DNA of 56,999 nucleotides, the filler included, from Dirinaria sp. TL-2023a (Eukaryota): the NCBI GenBank assembly GCA_051941275.1. It is 6 parts of 6 records of this genome, joined end to end, with 100 filler letters (N's around TTAATTAATTAA, not from the genome) between each part and the next. Parts side by side here need not be neighbours in the genome. Positions count along the whole stretch, not along the records: positions 9,531 to 18,955 come from JAVEBF010001057.1; positions 19,056 to 28,475 come from JAVEBF010001058.1; 4 more parts are not named here. One strand, written 5' to 3'. How positions within the stretch are numbered: position 1 is the first letter of the stretch; every line of letters starts with the position of its first letter. A program made the position numbers and the translations under genes. This document shows positions 9,973-22,812 of this stretch, piece after piece. The notes beneath the pieces were generated by a model. That model had not been told where the DNA came from and made no database searches. It was given only the letters and a program-made list of their open reading frames with translations.

Positions 9973-12348
9973 TTCAAAGATCTTCGACTTGCTGCCAGAG
10001 TCGGAGTCCCAATCACATGGTCGAGTGAAGGCGATTGGCTGCGCAAGATCGATAAGATATCTCGTTATTATGCCCGCTTTCAACTATATGACGAGATTGT
10101 ACCTGAAAAGTAACTCTGCGGTAGTGAGATTCGGTAGAGATCTTTCTCAATAGTGGCTTTGCTCAGGACGTAATCGTACGTCCCCCCACCATAAGACAGG
10201 CAGGGATCCCCACCACGACAGGAAGTTGCTAATACTCTCTTGGTGTGGGACCTATGGTTACCATGGATAATCATGGTACGAGTACCCAGGTGTATGCATG
10301 GAGTTGGCGCTTCATGCTACTGAGGTACGATTGGCTGCCTTTCTACTGTGCCCTCTGACATGAGCGTCAGATATGCGGCTTAAATCATGATGGATGTTGC
10401 TTTTGGCCACACTTCTGCCCGCAATCCGGTCCTGACTCTGGAGGGTTTTTACCCTCCTTTAAACCCTTAAGCTCGCCACCGCTGATGGCTTCTTGAACAC
10501 CACCGACAAAATTGCCCAAGCGTACACGGGCCAGTTTTTCGCGAGTGCACAACATTGAGAACAATGATACCTTGATACTCGATGTACTGTTAGGAAGGCG
10601 AGCAACGAAGAGAATTGGAACAGACTTCAACGTTCTTACGGTGTCACGATATCACGGTATCAATCTAGGCAACTTGCCTGGGGCATTGCCCACAATCAGA
10701 TCTCGAGTGTGTCCTTGTCGTTCCTGGAATTCGTATGATCACAATAATGTGGATTATGGAAGACCGGCCTGAGTACTCAGTTACAATTCCCTCGTGGCCG
10801 GCATCAACGCATCTAACGCGTCTTTTCCCTCAAAGAGTTGCTGTAGCCATCTCTAAGCCCTCTCCAGCTACTCTAGTCTTCACTTCGTCCCTGCTCCATA
10901 GCCACCATTGTCCTCTGAGTTCTATAAGCCGATCACCACTCTCGCTTTTGATATACAGCTTTCGGAGACGCGGCGCCTTCACACCTGCAATCTGCAGACA
11001 TCCTCGCATCCCTGTGGCATTTACCCGACGGGACTCTATAATCTGCTAAGAGTTTGGATGTATGCGAGCTGATGGCTTTGGTAGCTTAAGACTGAGCCGC
11101 AAGGAGATGGATGCGGTGCCCTATAGGACAGATGGGACGTCAGAGAAGAAGGCGTGCAGGGTACTGCTAAAGACTGAGAAGTAAGTTTCCCTGGGCGCCT
11201 TAGAGATTACGATTCAGTTGGCTTCTAAGTAGTAGATCGGGTGTAGAAAGTTTGGGCATACGGATTGCAAGCTCTGTACCTGGCCCCTGTTAATCTCAAT
11301 CACCATCGCATTGACGTATTTTAAACGCTTGTTCCTTGCTGCTGCAATTCTCGCGTCTTCTACTTATATTTGCAGGAGTCATCTTGTTAAGGAGGAATCT
11401 GCGCTGTCTTAGCGAAAGCATGGGATCGAATTCCTAGGTCTGCTATTGAATCCGTCCAAGTGCATGGAAAATCGATAAAATCAATGATGTTCACTGACGC
11501 GTAATGGCTGTAGAGGTACTCGTGGACTTGTGATATGCGAACCGAAGAAATCATTCCATGAGTTAGTATTAGTTCATCTCAGAGTTTCGAAGCATCCCAG
11601 GGACATGCAGGCTTCGATCAGAAAGCATTCCTGGGTCGTCAAGTAGGCGACATTCGATCTGATCGGATCCCTAAATCTGCTATGCGGGTGGAATACAAAT
11701 GTTGGTTTGAAAAAGTTGGTCTTCGAAAAGGCGCCTTACACGGTAGGCTCAATAGCAATCGCTTGTGAACAAGAAATGAGACGTCCTCGCGTTCAAAATG
11801 CTCGCAAAGAACCTATCTGTAAGATATATTCGAGCAGCAATTGCAGATTGGGAGGGAAAAGAGTAATGAAATGTCTGCTATCTAAGGTAGACACTACTGT
11901 ACTTCGTACTCGTACTCTCCTACTAGTTCATGGCCAAGGTTCCCGCTAACGGCAATCGAGACCAGGGTCCAAATCAACGCTTCTTCCCCGTACTGGTACT
12001 CTCACCACTGCGATGATTTGCTTCATCAATTGTCCGTGAGTCAAACTTGCTCATGATTACGCGAAGCAAGCAATTGAATCCAATTTCTTGTACTCTCCTA
12101 CTGACATGACACCAACTGCTCAGGTGCACGTACGGTATATCCAAGTTCCTAATCACAGCCCGCGCCCACTACTCCACCCCCTTCAAGTATCGGTACCTAT
12201 ATATCTCTAGACCTGGCTGGGTACGCGCGCTGCCTGTAATCTCAGCAGGGACGGCTCTGGGTTGACCTAGGAGCTGTACACCAATGGATGTTCCTAATGA
12301 AGCAAAGACTATCACGGACACTGCTCGCCCAGTGCCGAGCAAAAAGCA

Positions 12349-15300
12349 ATGACGCCCCCAAATGTTATCGGCTCCTCGGCCACGCCAACTCAGAACAACT
12401 TAACCAAACATGCTCGTTCGATGTCGAACCAGAGTGTGGGGGAAGCGTACGGTAGTGGCAATGTACTACAGCCGCCGTCAAGAGACGTGAGAGATGGACG
12501 TTCCATGTCAAACGCGAATGTCCCGTGGGGTCCACGAGGAGCTTCTTTGGCTGCTTCAGGTCAGCCTCCAGGTAGCTTCAGCTCCGATCTTAAGACGTTG
12601 ACTTTGCCGCGAATGGGAACGCCACGAGCCGAGCTAGGAGCGTTTATCAGTGGGGATTATACGCAAGGCAACATGGCAACGACCACTGAACAGCGGCAAA
12701 CCGAGCTCCGGGATAAGATCACCAAGGAGACGAAGATCAAGGTTGGCTCTGAAAACTTGCTGGAGGCTTTGATTTCCAAAAATGCGAAGCAGACAAAAGA
12801 TCAGAGGCAGAGGGTAGAGACGGAACTCAGTTCCTCCAACTATAAAATCGCCGAGCTCAAGTCCCAATTGAACGCCGAGATCGAAAAAGCCAATCGCCCT
12901 AGCTCTCCAACCAGAGCTCGAATCTCTAGCTTATTTCAGGGAAGCCCATTGAAATCTCCATCGAGAGATGAGCTTAGTGTTCAAGAAGGCCCTGAAAAAG
13001 CTGCACCCGAATCGGAGTCGCCCTCATACGTACTTTCTGAAATACTGCAAGCACTGGAAGTTGATGGCATGCAAGCTGATTACTATGTCGAGCGAGCCAA
13101 CAATCTTGTAGATCTGTTCAAGCGGTACCCATCACTGAAATACGATTTGGCCTGGGCAATTTTTGGGGACCGAGTTCAGACTATGCTGCTCAGTGAGAAC
13201 AGGGATGTGATTGCGGCTGGCTATCGCGTCACAAGACAAGTCATTGCAGACCGCGCTTCTCTTCAAACCATTCGAGGCCTCCACATCGACAGTCTTATTA
13301 TGTTGTCCTTGGTCAAGGATGATAAAGCAAGCATCGAACGCGAACAAGCACTCAAATTGGTGCGCGCCTTTTTGGATGTGAAAAACGGCGTCCAAGAGTT
13401 ATCTAATGCAGTCTTGAGGACTGTAGTTTCCGTTGCCGAGCATCATGAAGATCGACTTAGGAACATGGCACTATTGACAATGGCTGAGGTATTAGTCAGA
13501 GATCCTAAGAAGGCACTTACAGCTGGTAGCATGTCGCCACTTGCGGACGCCCTTGCAGGAGGAACCTATAATGGATCTGAGAGCTTAGCTATAGCCTTTC
13601 TACACCTAGCCGATAGTCCTCGAGACAGGGTTATGCTAAGATCGGGCCAAGAGCTCGCAGCAGCTTTCACTTCGTTTACTGATCCTCTCGCTGTCTATGG
13701 GAATGAAGAGCGACTCAAGTCCAGCGCCAGACTCATTTCTACAGTTCTCAAAACTTGGCCGGGAGTCTTTACCCTTTCTGGTAGCAACTTTTCGGCATTC
13801 CAATCGCTACTTTCTTCTTTATCCTATCCAGCACCAGTGGCCCGTGAGATTCTTCTCGATCTCTTATTCGATGTCTTGTGCATCAAGCCTCCATCATGGA
13901 CCTCATCCTTCTTGGCAGGCAGACGATTGACCACCTATGGCCGCGTTGCAAAGCTTACCACCGACACGCCATCGCAGAACCAAAAATTGGATCCCGAGGA
14001 TGAAAATAACGAAGTGAGCTTGGTCGATCATTTTACCACGCTGCTGCTGGCGATTTTCGTACATTGCGGAGTGACACATGTAATGTTCTCTTGATCTAGT
14101 ATATCGCCAACATGCTAACATTCTCTTCAGGCTTTATCCGACCTTATTGAGGACGAAATCGACCTCTCACTAAGGCGCAAGGCAACTCTTCTACTAAGTG
14201 AGATATTAAAGCTTGCGAACCATTCGCTTCCGGGTACAATGAGCGCAAGTTTGCAGGTCATGCCTGCTTTGCTGCAACCTGACGTAGGTGACGATAGTGA
14301 AAACGCTCCTCCAACTACGGGAATGATCTATCAGATTGATAGTGTAAACCGAACGTTGAACAGATCGGGGCCTAATGCGAAGCCACACTTAGCAAGTAAC
14401 AACAGATACCGCGAGTCTTACGAAACTGTTGGAAAGAACGAAGCAGCAAGGCCGAAATTGAACGTTGACATGGATGATCTTCAGTTTCGATCATTGGTCT
14501 TGGAGACCCAAGTGCTAAGCTCAAGCAATTACCTCAAATGGAAGTGGGACTTGATCATGGATATCGTGGAGGGCCCTTTGCTCAACCCCAAACGTCTGGA
14601 TGATGCTGTCAAAGCCACCAAGTTCTTGAAGCGCCTCACCGCGTTCTATCGACCGTTCAAGCACCGGTTCGCAGATGTTAGGAATACCAAGCCCAACCAA
14701 CGCTATGTAAGGGGAGGATGCGCGTTACTCAAGACATTGCTCCAGACATCTGAGGGCATCTCCTACTTGGCCGAGAGCAAGTTGCTGAGGCAGTTAGGAG
14801 AGTGCATCGCCCAACTGGACCCCCTGAGCGGACTTATATCGGAGATGCCTATATTTTCACCATATCGCGTGTCCGAAACCCTCAGTGGTGGCTATTTCGC
14901 ACTTCTTGGGGTACTCAGTGGCAATCCACAGGGTCTCCAGATGATCGAACGCTGGAGAATGATCAACATGTTCTATCACATCATGGATCTTGAAGGTAGG
15001 GATGATCTAGTCCAAGCACTGCTTGGCAATATGGACTTTACATTAGACAGCCATCTTCGAGTCATGCTGTCCAAAGCTCTTACAGCATGTCCCAAGGGTA
15101 TCCGCATCTATGCTACAAGACTTCTGCGCAAATATGTTACGACTGTGGCAGCGAGTGAGGGGACTCAGAATAGCGGCTCCCTTCGCTCTCAGTGGGCAAT
15201 ACGACTTCTAGTAACACAGCTTTATGATCCAGAAGTGCAAGTCTGCGAGACTGCCGTCCAGATCCTCGAAGAAGCTTGCAATCGAAGATCTCATCTAGAG

Positions 15301-16431
15301 TACGTCGTACAATGTCGCCCGGCCCTTGATCATCTCGGTGAGATCGGAGCGCCACTACTGCTACGGTTTCTATCCACGTCTCTCGGTTACCAATACCTTG
15401 ATGGGCTTGACTATATAGGGCAAGAGATGGACGACTGGTTCCTGGGTCGTAACGCAACCTATGTAACCTTGGTCGAAGCTTCACTGTCTCGCGCTCTCTT
15501 CCCACAGATACAGCGGCCTAGATCAGGCATCGACGAGCCAATGAAGACTCACGAGTATGGAATTGTGCCTCCGCACTTCTACCGGGAGCTGACCAGGACG
15601 GTCGAAGGTTGCAGGCTTCTTAGCTCGTCCGGACATTTCGATGAATTTGTCGCAACAATCCAGAACTCATGGTCGGAGGCTGAGGACCTCGAGGTTATGC
15701 TTAAAGTCAAAGGATGCTTGTGGGCCGTGGGGAATATTGGCTCAATGGAGCTCGGTGCTCCTTTTCTCGAGGAGACAAATGTGGTGGAAGTCATAGTGAA
15801 GATAGCCACCAGCTCAGAGGTCATGACAATGAGAGGTACGGCCTTTTTTGTGCTGGGCCTAATATCCCGTAGTCTGCATGGCATGGAGATCTTGGCTGAG
15901 TATGGCTGGCATTCCGCGACTGACGCTACTGGTCGCTCCCTTGGCTTCTGTTTACCACCGGATCTTAAGACTCTCCTCTCAGTGAGTATCCACATATACA
16001 TCAATCGTGCTCGCTAACACACTGCGCAGCTTGGTATTCGCCCAGCTGCAGCTCGAGCCCGATCAAAGCGGCCTCTTAAAAGCACATCAAAGACGACACC
16101 TCTTGATGAGGATCCTTTGCATAGCCGCATACTAAGTCTGGCTGTGGATTTGGGAAACACCGTGTTGGCCAAGAAGGCAGCAGGTGACCTCTATAGGTAG
16201 GAATTCAGGTCTCCGCTCATGGGAAATGGCTGACAGTGGTGCAGCATCAAAAACAAATCACCCGAGCAATTCAGCTCCGTTGAGTTATTCCGTAAGGTAA
16301 CGAAAGTCCTCGAGACACATGCATTCCGGCTTCAGGTGCGGCGTTTTATTCTTGATCTGTTTGACAAAAGTGTGATGACCAACGTTGTACTTGATGACGA
16401 AGACGATGATGGCGAGCCTGGAGAAAGATGA
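12349..16431 (+). CDS. ste20: TORC2 subunit Rictor (Ste20/Avo3)
   Basis: Exons 12349-14079, 14131-15981, 16030-16196, 16245-16431 with canonical introns. HR1-like segment (KIKVGSENLLEAL), EREQALKLVRAF, SFLAGRRLTTYGR, KGCLWAVGNIGS, RGTAFFVLGLIS. Confidence 0.95.
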
Positions 16432-17059
16432 GAAGTGTGGGTGGCGACCAGTGTACATGGCGTTTTGGCAGGCTCGTGCATTGCGCGGTGGCTATGAACA
16501 CCGCACATTCCTGGTATTGAGCATAGCGTCGGCGTTCAGTACAAGATCCTGGCGAGATTGGATCGAACGAGCTCCATGTAGTGATATAGTTGGTATGCAA
16601 TGAACATAGTAGGCAGCAATTGATTGATACGCAATGTATGTATAATAGTTTGCCTGATAGTTTTCTATATGGCGGAAAGAAACAATGAAACAGTCAATCT
16701 GAATGCAAGAAGTGAACACAATAGACAGGCTTTGATGTTCATGCAGTGGCAGGAATGGGTGCTGATATTCCTTTGACCGGTTACCGGTTGGCACACACAA
16801 TCGAGACACTCTAAATAGAGGACTGAAGTATCGTACGGGACTTTTTCGGGTACGACAAGATTACTAATCTGCCTTCCCTCAAGGGGAAGCAATCGATAAG
16901 GAAACACAGTATTGCGATCCCATTTCCACTTCCTGCATTGCCCAACCGTTCAACGCTCCATCTCAGGTTCTGCGCTTCTTCGCCATCGGAAAAGATTCAT
17001 GGCGATGTACCTGATCGCTTCAAGAATCCCGGCAACGAACGAATGGGTCGAGAGTCCCA

Positions 17060-18613
17060 ATGTTTCACTCAGACTGCGATGAGTGCCGACCAGGGCGAGG
17101 AATCTCCAATCCCACGTCAACTCTCATCTCTACGCTTCCATTCCTCGCTACTTTCCTCCTCATATCGATCGTAGTGCTTCAGAAGCTCTTCCCTTTGCTT
17201 TCCGGAGAGACTAATCTGAGAAGCCGGAGCTACACCGGAAAGAATGGCTCCTCGATCAACGCCCTACCTCCCATCAAACGCCTATCTGCCCTAACATTCT
17301 CGACCACCATTGCGCTCGCTGCAGTGCTTGCGGAACTCATACTCTGCGAGATATCGAACAGCATCGATCCTGCTGCCCGAAGACTGGCCCTGCGACTGAC
17401 CGTGTTCCTTCTTCTCTTCGAACTCGTAGTCGCCATTCCATCTCTTGAGATCCAAACAATCATATCCGCAGCCGGCTACCAATACACTGGCAATAACAAG
17501 GGTGTACTACGTCTGGCATGGGTCCTCCAGATTCTTGTTTTTGGGGTCTGGCTCACCACCTTCTGGTGGAGCGGCTCCAGAATGCTAGGCAAGCCGTCAA
17601 CATCCATAACGCAACAATCCCTCAGCGAGGCCTCCCTCGAGCGAGTCGGCGTCATCGGCATCTCCCTCATGGCGCTCCTCTCTGGCTTTGCAGCAGTCAG
17701 CTCGCCTTGGCAAAACTTCTTCACACGATGCCGACTGGTTACTGAAGCAGACGTGGCGCGCAAAGAAGCAGGTCTCGCCGCTACGAACGACACGCTGACA
17801 GCCAAACTCAGCCGCCTACGAGCCCTGGAGCGCAAACTCGTCGACCGGCCTTCGGAGTCATATTTCCAGAAAGCGCTCGGTACCCTGCGGCCCAACGCAG
17901 ACACAGCCGAGCTCAAGACGCTGGAGCTGGAAGTGAAAGGCTTAGAGACAATGGCGCTCTCGCTCTCGTCCTCGCACTCCCTCCTCCAAAGCCGCTTCAC
18001 GCAACAGCAGCGCTCCCATACCGCTTCAGGCCGTCTGTACCTAGCCGCCTCATACGCCTTCTCCATCTTCTGCCTCTACCGCATCCTCGCCGTCGCCCTG
18101 AGCGCTACAAGGCGACACCTGCCTTCCCCCTTCTCCACGCCCGCCTCCTCAGACCCCGTGACCAATCTCCTGGCCCTGGTCGCGAAACACTACGACCCGA
18201 CGCTCTCGACACCCTCCTACGCGCGGCAGATCTCGCTCCTGCTCTCCTTCCTCATCCTCGCCGCGTCCTTCTCCTCTGTCCTCCAGACCCTCTCCCTCTT
18301 CTCCCGCTTCCTGCCCAACCTGCTCAAAACCATCCAAGCCAACCTGGCCTTGGTCGTCGCCCAGCTCTGCGCCACGTACGTGATCGCCGCGGCGCTCATG
18401 CTGAGGGGCATGATTCCCGGGGAGGTGATCGGCGAAGGGGTCAAGGGGCTCGGTGGGGGCGAACTGGGCTGGGTGGATGGATGGTTCGAGGGCTGGTTCC
18501 TGGGCGGCGTCGCGGTGACGGTGGTCGGGGTTTGGGTGGGGAAGAAACTGGGACGAGGCGAGGATGATTGGTGGGATGAGGCGGATGATGTAGAAAGTGG
18601 GAAAAGGTCTTAG
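17060..18613 (+). CDS. GPR89/GPHR Golgi pH regulator family (ABA GPCR-like) membrane protein
   Basis: Intronless 517 aa, multiple TM segments, family motif LERVGVIGISLMALLSGFAAVSSPW, central coiled coil. Confidence 0.88.
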   Translation: MFHSDCDECRPGRGISNPTSTLISTLPFLATFLLISIVVLQKLFPLLSGETNLRSRSYTGKNGSSINALPPIKRLSALTFSTTIALAAVLAELILCEISNSIDPAARRLALRLTVFLLLFELVVAIPSLEIQTIISAAGYQYTGNNKGVLRLAWVLQILVFGVWLTTFWWSGSRMLGKPSTSITQQSLSEASLERVGVIGISLMALLSGFAAVSSPWQNFFTRCRLVTEADVARKEAGLAATNDTLTAKLSRLRALERKLVDRPSESYFQKALGTLRPNADTAELKTLELEVKGLETMALSLSSSHSLLQSRFTQQQRSHTASGRLYLAASYAFSIFCLYRILAVALSATRRHLPSPFSTPASSDPVTNLLALVAKHYDPTLSTPSYARQISLLLSFLILAASFSSVLQTLSLFSRFLPNLLKTIQANLALVVAQLCATYVIAAALMLRGMIPGEVIGEGVKGLGGGELGWVDGWFEGWFLGGVAVTVVGVWVGKKLGRGEDDWWDEADDVESGKRS

Positions 18614-18955
18614 TAGAGAGGGAAAGCTTACGTTCTAAGATATTTTAAGATGTGTGTACGATTAAACCACGAGCGAGATCTAAGGTCAGGTCAGATTAGG
18701 TATTAGATAAAGCATTTGCATCTATCTATATAGCTCCAGAAGCTAGCTGCCTCTTACTTTACCCCAATTTGTTTTCCATCCCATCCCATTCCATCATCTT
18801 CACCTAAATAAGTTACTTAATATATACATTTTGTAAGAATACCAACCAGGGCATACTCGTCCGAGTTTATCACTCCAATAACTCATTCTGAAATTTCATC
18901 TCTCTCTCTTTCTATATTCCTAGGTATCCAACTTTTCCCCCTAATCTCACCTCAC

Positions 18956-19055
18956 NNNNNNNNNNNNNNNNNNNNNNNNNNNNNNNNNNNNNNNNNNNNT
19001 TAATTAATTAANNNNNNNNNNNNNNNNNNNNNNNNNNNNNNNNNNNNNNNNNNNN
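18956..19055. other. Artificial contig spacer
   Basis: N run with TTAATTAATTAA core. Confidence 0.98.
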
Positions 19056-20427
19056 GTGGAACGAGAGGCTCTGCCTCTGCGTTCAGATGTCCTAGGTGTT
19101 TCCGTTGGTGTGGACTGTCGGCCCCAAGGATCCCAGGCGGGTTAGGCTTTACGCCGTACCTCCAGGGATCCCAGGTGGGCTCAGCTTCAGGACCGCAATT
19201 CTCTGTTATCCCAGGCGGGCTCGCGCCCCCAGGGATTTCAGAGTTTTGTTGTCGTCCTCGTTGCCGAGCCCCCAGGGATCTCTGGTGGTCGGTGTCTTGC
19301 TGCACCTTCCCTGGATCTTTGGATCGATAGTCCTATCTCCGGTTCCCTAGACTCTGTTCGCATTGGTATCCTTGTTCATCATGGCTTTCGGGTTACTAGC
19401 TTTAGATTTCTGTGCTTTTTCTGTGCTTTTTCTTTGCTCGCTTGCGAGCTGTTTTGTTTTGGCGTTTGGGTTTTGTGTTTAGATAGCTCTAAGTGAATTT
19501 CACTTTTTTATTTTCCGAAATGCGCATTTACTAGGCTCGCTCTTCTGCTGCTGTTGAAGATGGTGATCTGAGCCTGGAAAGTTGCAATAGATACATGGAG
19601 CGTATCTGAAATCCCCTAGCTCTCTCTTTCAAAAGACGGACATCAATGTATTATTTGGTCCAGCGGTGTACTCCAACCTTTTCTTCCACTCTCCTCTGCT
19701 ATTTCATTACTTTTCGCATTCCGCTCTGCTTCCCCTGTACTATTCACTTCTCTTCTGGCAAACGTCTGCAAATCTAATATCAACCATCCCCCGGATAAGT
19801 AAGTATCATTCATCGCCTTTCTTCCCAATCTAAAAAGCAATGAACACCAACGTTGAATGTAAGGCAGAAATCTCACCACCACTAACAAAATGCCAAGGAT
19901 AATTTGACGAAAGGGGTTAGACTACATACTAGTCAGCAGACCTCGGGTATTTCCTGCCCACAAAAGTTCTTCCTTCCGAACCACAAGTCTGCAGTGCAAT
20001 CTTGCTCAAGACCGCCTCGACGCAAAGCCTATGTAGCCGGGGCACCCTTTTAAGCAAGCACATGAAAGCCCAACCTCTTGCCCAGAACGAAAGTCTAAAG
20101 TCACTTCAATGATGCCTTCGTCCCTTGACCTTTTCGAAAGACTCTAACGTGAACAACATCTCGTACATTTACTTGACTTTTTATTCAAATTTGATGACTG
20201 CAGTCTTGAACTGCTCTAATTGCTCTTCTGTACCTTTGCAGCGAATGTGAAGTTACATCTTCTCATGCTCACCGATCACAAATACTCGTACCCTGCTCAA
20301 TGTTTAATTTGGGTTCTGAATCTCTTGATGGAGTGCGTTCTCAAACAACTGTTGGATGCACTCTTGCAGCGTTTTCGATGTCATCAATGCAAAATCGACA
20401 CGAGTATGTCCGAGAGGTAATTGAGAC

Positions 20428-22812
20428 TTAGTCACAGCGCCTCAGAATGAAGAGGACGCCTTGACCATGAATCGGCTTGCCCCGGCAGTCTTTCCCATTA
20501 ACATTGTCTTTGTGCTCCCCCCTGACACTGCGGTCGTTGAGAGCCCACCAATCTTGCTGACTGGGTCCGGTCTTAGCCATAGCGATGTAGTGTTCATCGC
20601 TAGTTCCGGGACCAATGTGTTCAACAATGCCACACAGCTCGTACTTGCCACCGGAGACTGCTCCACTCTCTGGTGCCCACCCGCTGAAGCTCCGCGGGTT
20701 GATCTGTGGCAGGATGGGTAGCTGGTTCTTGGTCCCATCCGCATTGGTGCGGCTCACAGTAAAGGCCAGGAACGGAGACAAATCGCCGAGTCCCAACTTT
20801 GACGTCACGCCGCCGTACCGTCTGCACCTTGTGCACGGCATTTCAGGTCGGGCCTTCTCTTGTGTGTAATGGTCCACGCAGCTCCAGAGGGTTTCACAGG
20901 TCTTGTCCTCCTGTCTTTTGTCCTTGGAGGCTTTCTCGGATCCCTGGCCTGCCTGCTTGTGTTTTTCATCTTGGACATGCGGGAGGCTCAAGTGGAGTGC
21001 TGAGAGAAACCTCGACGTGCTGGAACCATTGTACCTCACATGGGCACACCGAGAACATCTCACCTAAAACACTGTCAGCATCAAATATGATTTAAGTCGT
21101 GTATATCAGTGTAATATACCGTCTCCACAATCTGTCCGCCAAAGAGCCGGTTCAGATCGGTCGGATCTGCGAAAGAGCCTTGCTTCCGACGTTGCTCCAA
21201 ATCTAGCTGGTGAAGAAGCTCCTGGAAAAACTCGACCGGGTCCACTGCGCTCTCGCCGTCGAATCTGCGCCCTTGGGGCAGCTTCTTGGCTTTCTTAGCG
21301 AAGAGATTGAGGAACAAGACTGGGTTGATTGGATCTTTGAGCCCAGTCGAGTTCTCCATCTGTTCCAACAGATCTCCAAGGTCGGAACTTATGGAGCTAT
21401 TCAAGAGTCAGTAAAGGCCTGTTGAGTGCTCCGCAGAGACTTACATGTCCTTCACCTCGTCCAGTTCCCTCACTATTCCGCGAAGGACCTTCCTACCCTC
21501 CAGACCCCCGCGCCTAGCACCCGATCCCTCGATGAAGTAAGGTGGATACTTTTTTTCATCGGCGCGAGCTGCATCGTCGGCCATTGCCTTGTAGTAGGTC
21601 GCGAAAGCCTCGCAGGTACCCAAGCACTGGATTACGGCATTCGCGTAACAATTCTTCTCGTAATTCAAGAAGCCGCGAGGTTTGGCCGTAGTAGGCTTTT
21701 CACACTTGGGCTTTTTGGCTGCAGTGGCCCGAGCTTCCTTGGTTCCCCGTTTACCAGATGCCCTAGACGTCTCATTGCCCTGTGTCCTTGCCTTTTTTGG
21801 GCTGGAGTGCTGATCATTCTCGCACTTTCTCTTTTGCCCAGGGGCAGGAGCAGGGGCAGGAGCAGGGGCAGGGACAGCAGCAGCAGGTGCCGAATGCTGA
21901 GCACGAGCAGGAGACGTGGTCACGACTTTCCTCACGGTCCGTACCTATAGAAACCAGGTCAGCCAATTTTCCTAGCCAGTCAAAATAATGTCCAGGTTGC
22001 CTTTGATTACTTACCGCAGGCTTTATCCCACGCGCGCTCTTGCCAAAACCAAGTACAGAATCCAGTCGCGGTCCTCTGTAGGTCCGCACCGACGATGTTT
22101 TCTCGGAGGCATCGGGTGATGTGGAGCTCCCTGCAGCGGCCGACTGCTTCTGTCCAGATGTCTCTTGCTTTGCTGTTACGCTCGCCTGCTCTCCTGATTT
22201 CTCTTGAGCAGACTTGTCTGTTGGCATATGAGCAGCAACAGCGCCTCTCGGTACGGATGCACCGGTGGCAGTATCTCTTGGCGGGAAAGCAGAGCCGCCG
22301 TTACGATCGTCAACCTTAGCGACTTTTGTTAGAATGCTACGTCAAAAATGTCTTATGACAGTTATACCTTTTGCCTTTTATTGGAGAGGGACACGACTGC
22401 GGCTATCTCCATCTCGTCACGACTGCGCTTCGTCTGCGAGCGCTCCGTACTGCAGACCTTAGCGTTGACAGCAGTGGTAGGTCTCGTTGACAGAGGCTCC
22501 CTCAATGCTTTCCTTTGCTGTGTCACAATATTAATATCATATGTTAAAAAAATAAATGAATCAAAGCACCTTCTTATTCTGCTGCATTGTCTCTTCGTTG
22601 TCCATATAATCAGCTTTTCTCTTGTGGGTTGGAGAAGCTGGTGGCGGTGTTGGGTCGTATGGCGGGATCTATTGGCAGAACATCAGAAGGCGCAGTATGG
22701 ATGGGTTTATATACCATATGCTTACGTAACGCGGATGAACGGTACCGTTCTCTCGATCTTGTTGAAGCTTGCGCACATGCTCCAAAGCCCTCTGTGCCTC
22801 GGCAGATCTCAT
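20428..22812 (-). CDS. Divergent ubiquitin-specific protease (peptidase C19/USP) with long low-complexity N-terminus
   Basis: Seven exons: 22812-22726, 22668-22570, 22517-22368, 22314-22015, 21944-21445, 21396-21120, 21063-20428, all GT-AG and in frame. Cys box GFLNYEKNCYANAVIQCL, DPVEFF, two CxxC, His box YELCGIVEHIG...EHYIAMAK...WWALND. Confidence 0.8.

Noticed and set aside
19090..19290. CRISPR-like array
   Set aside because: Repeats are short and degenerate, the context is eukaryotic, and there are no cas genes.
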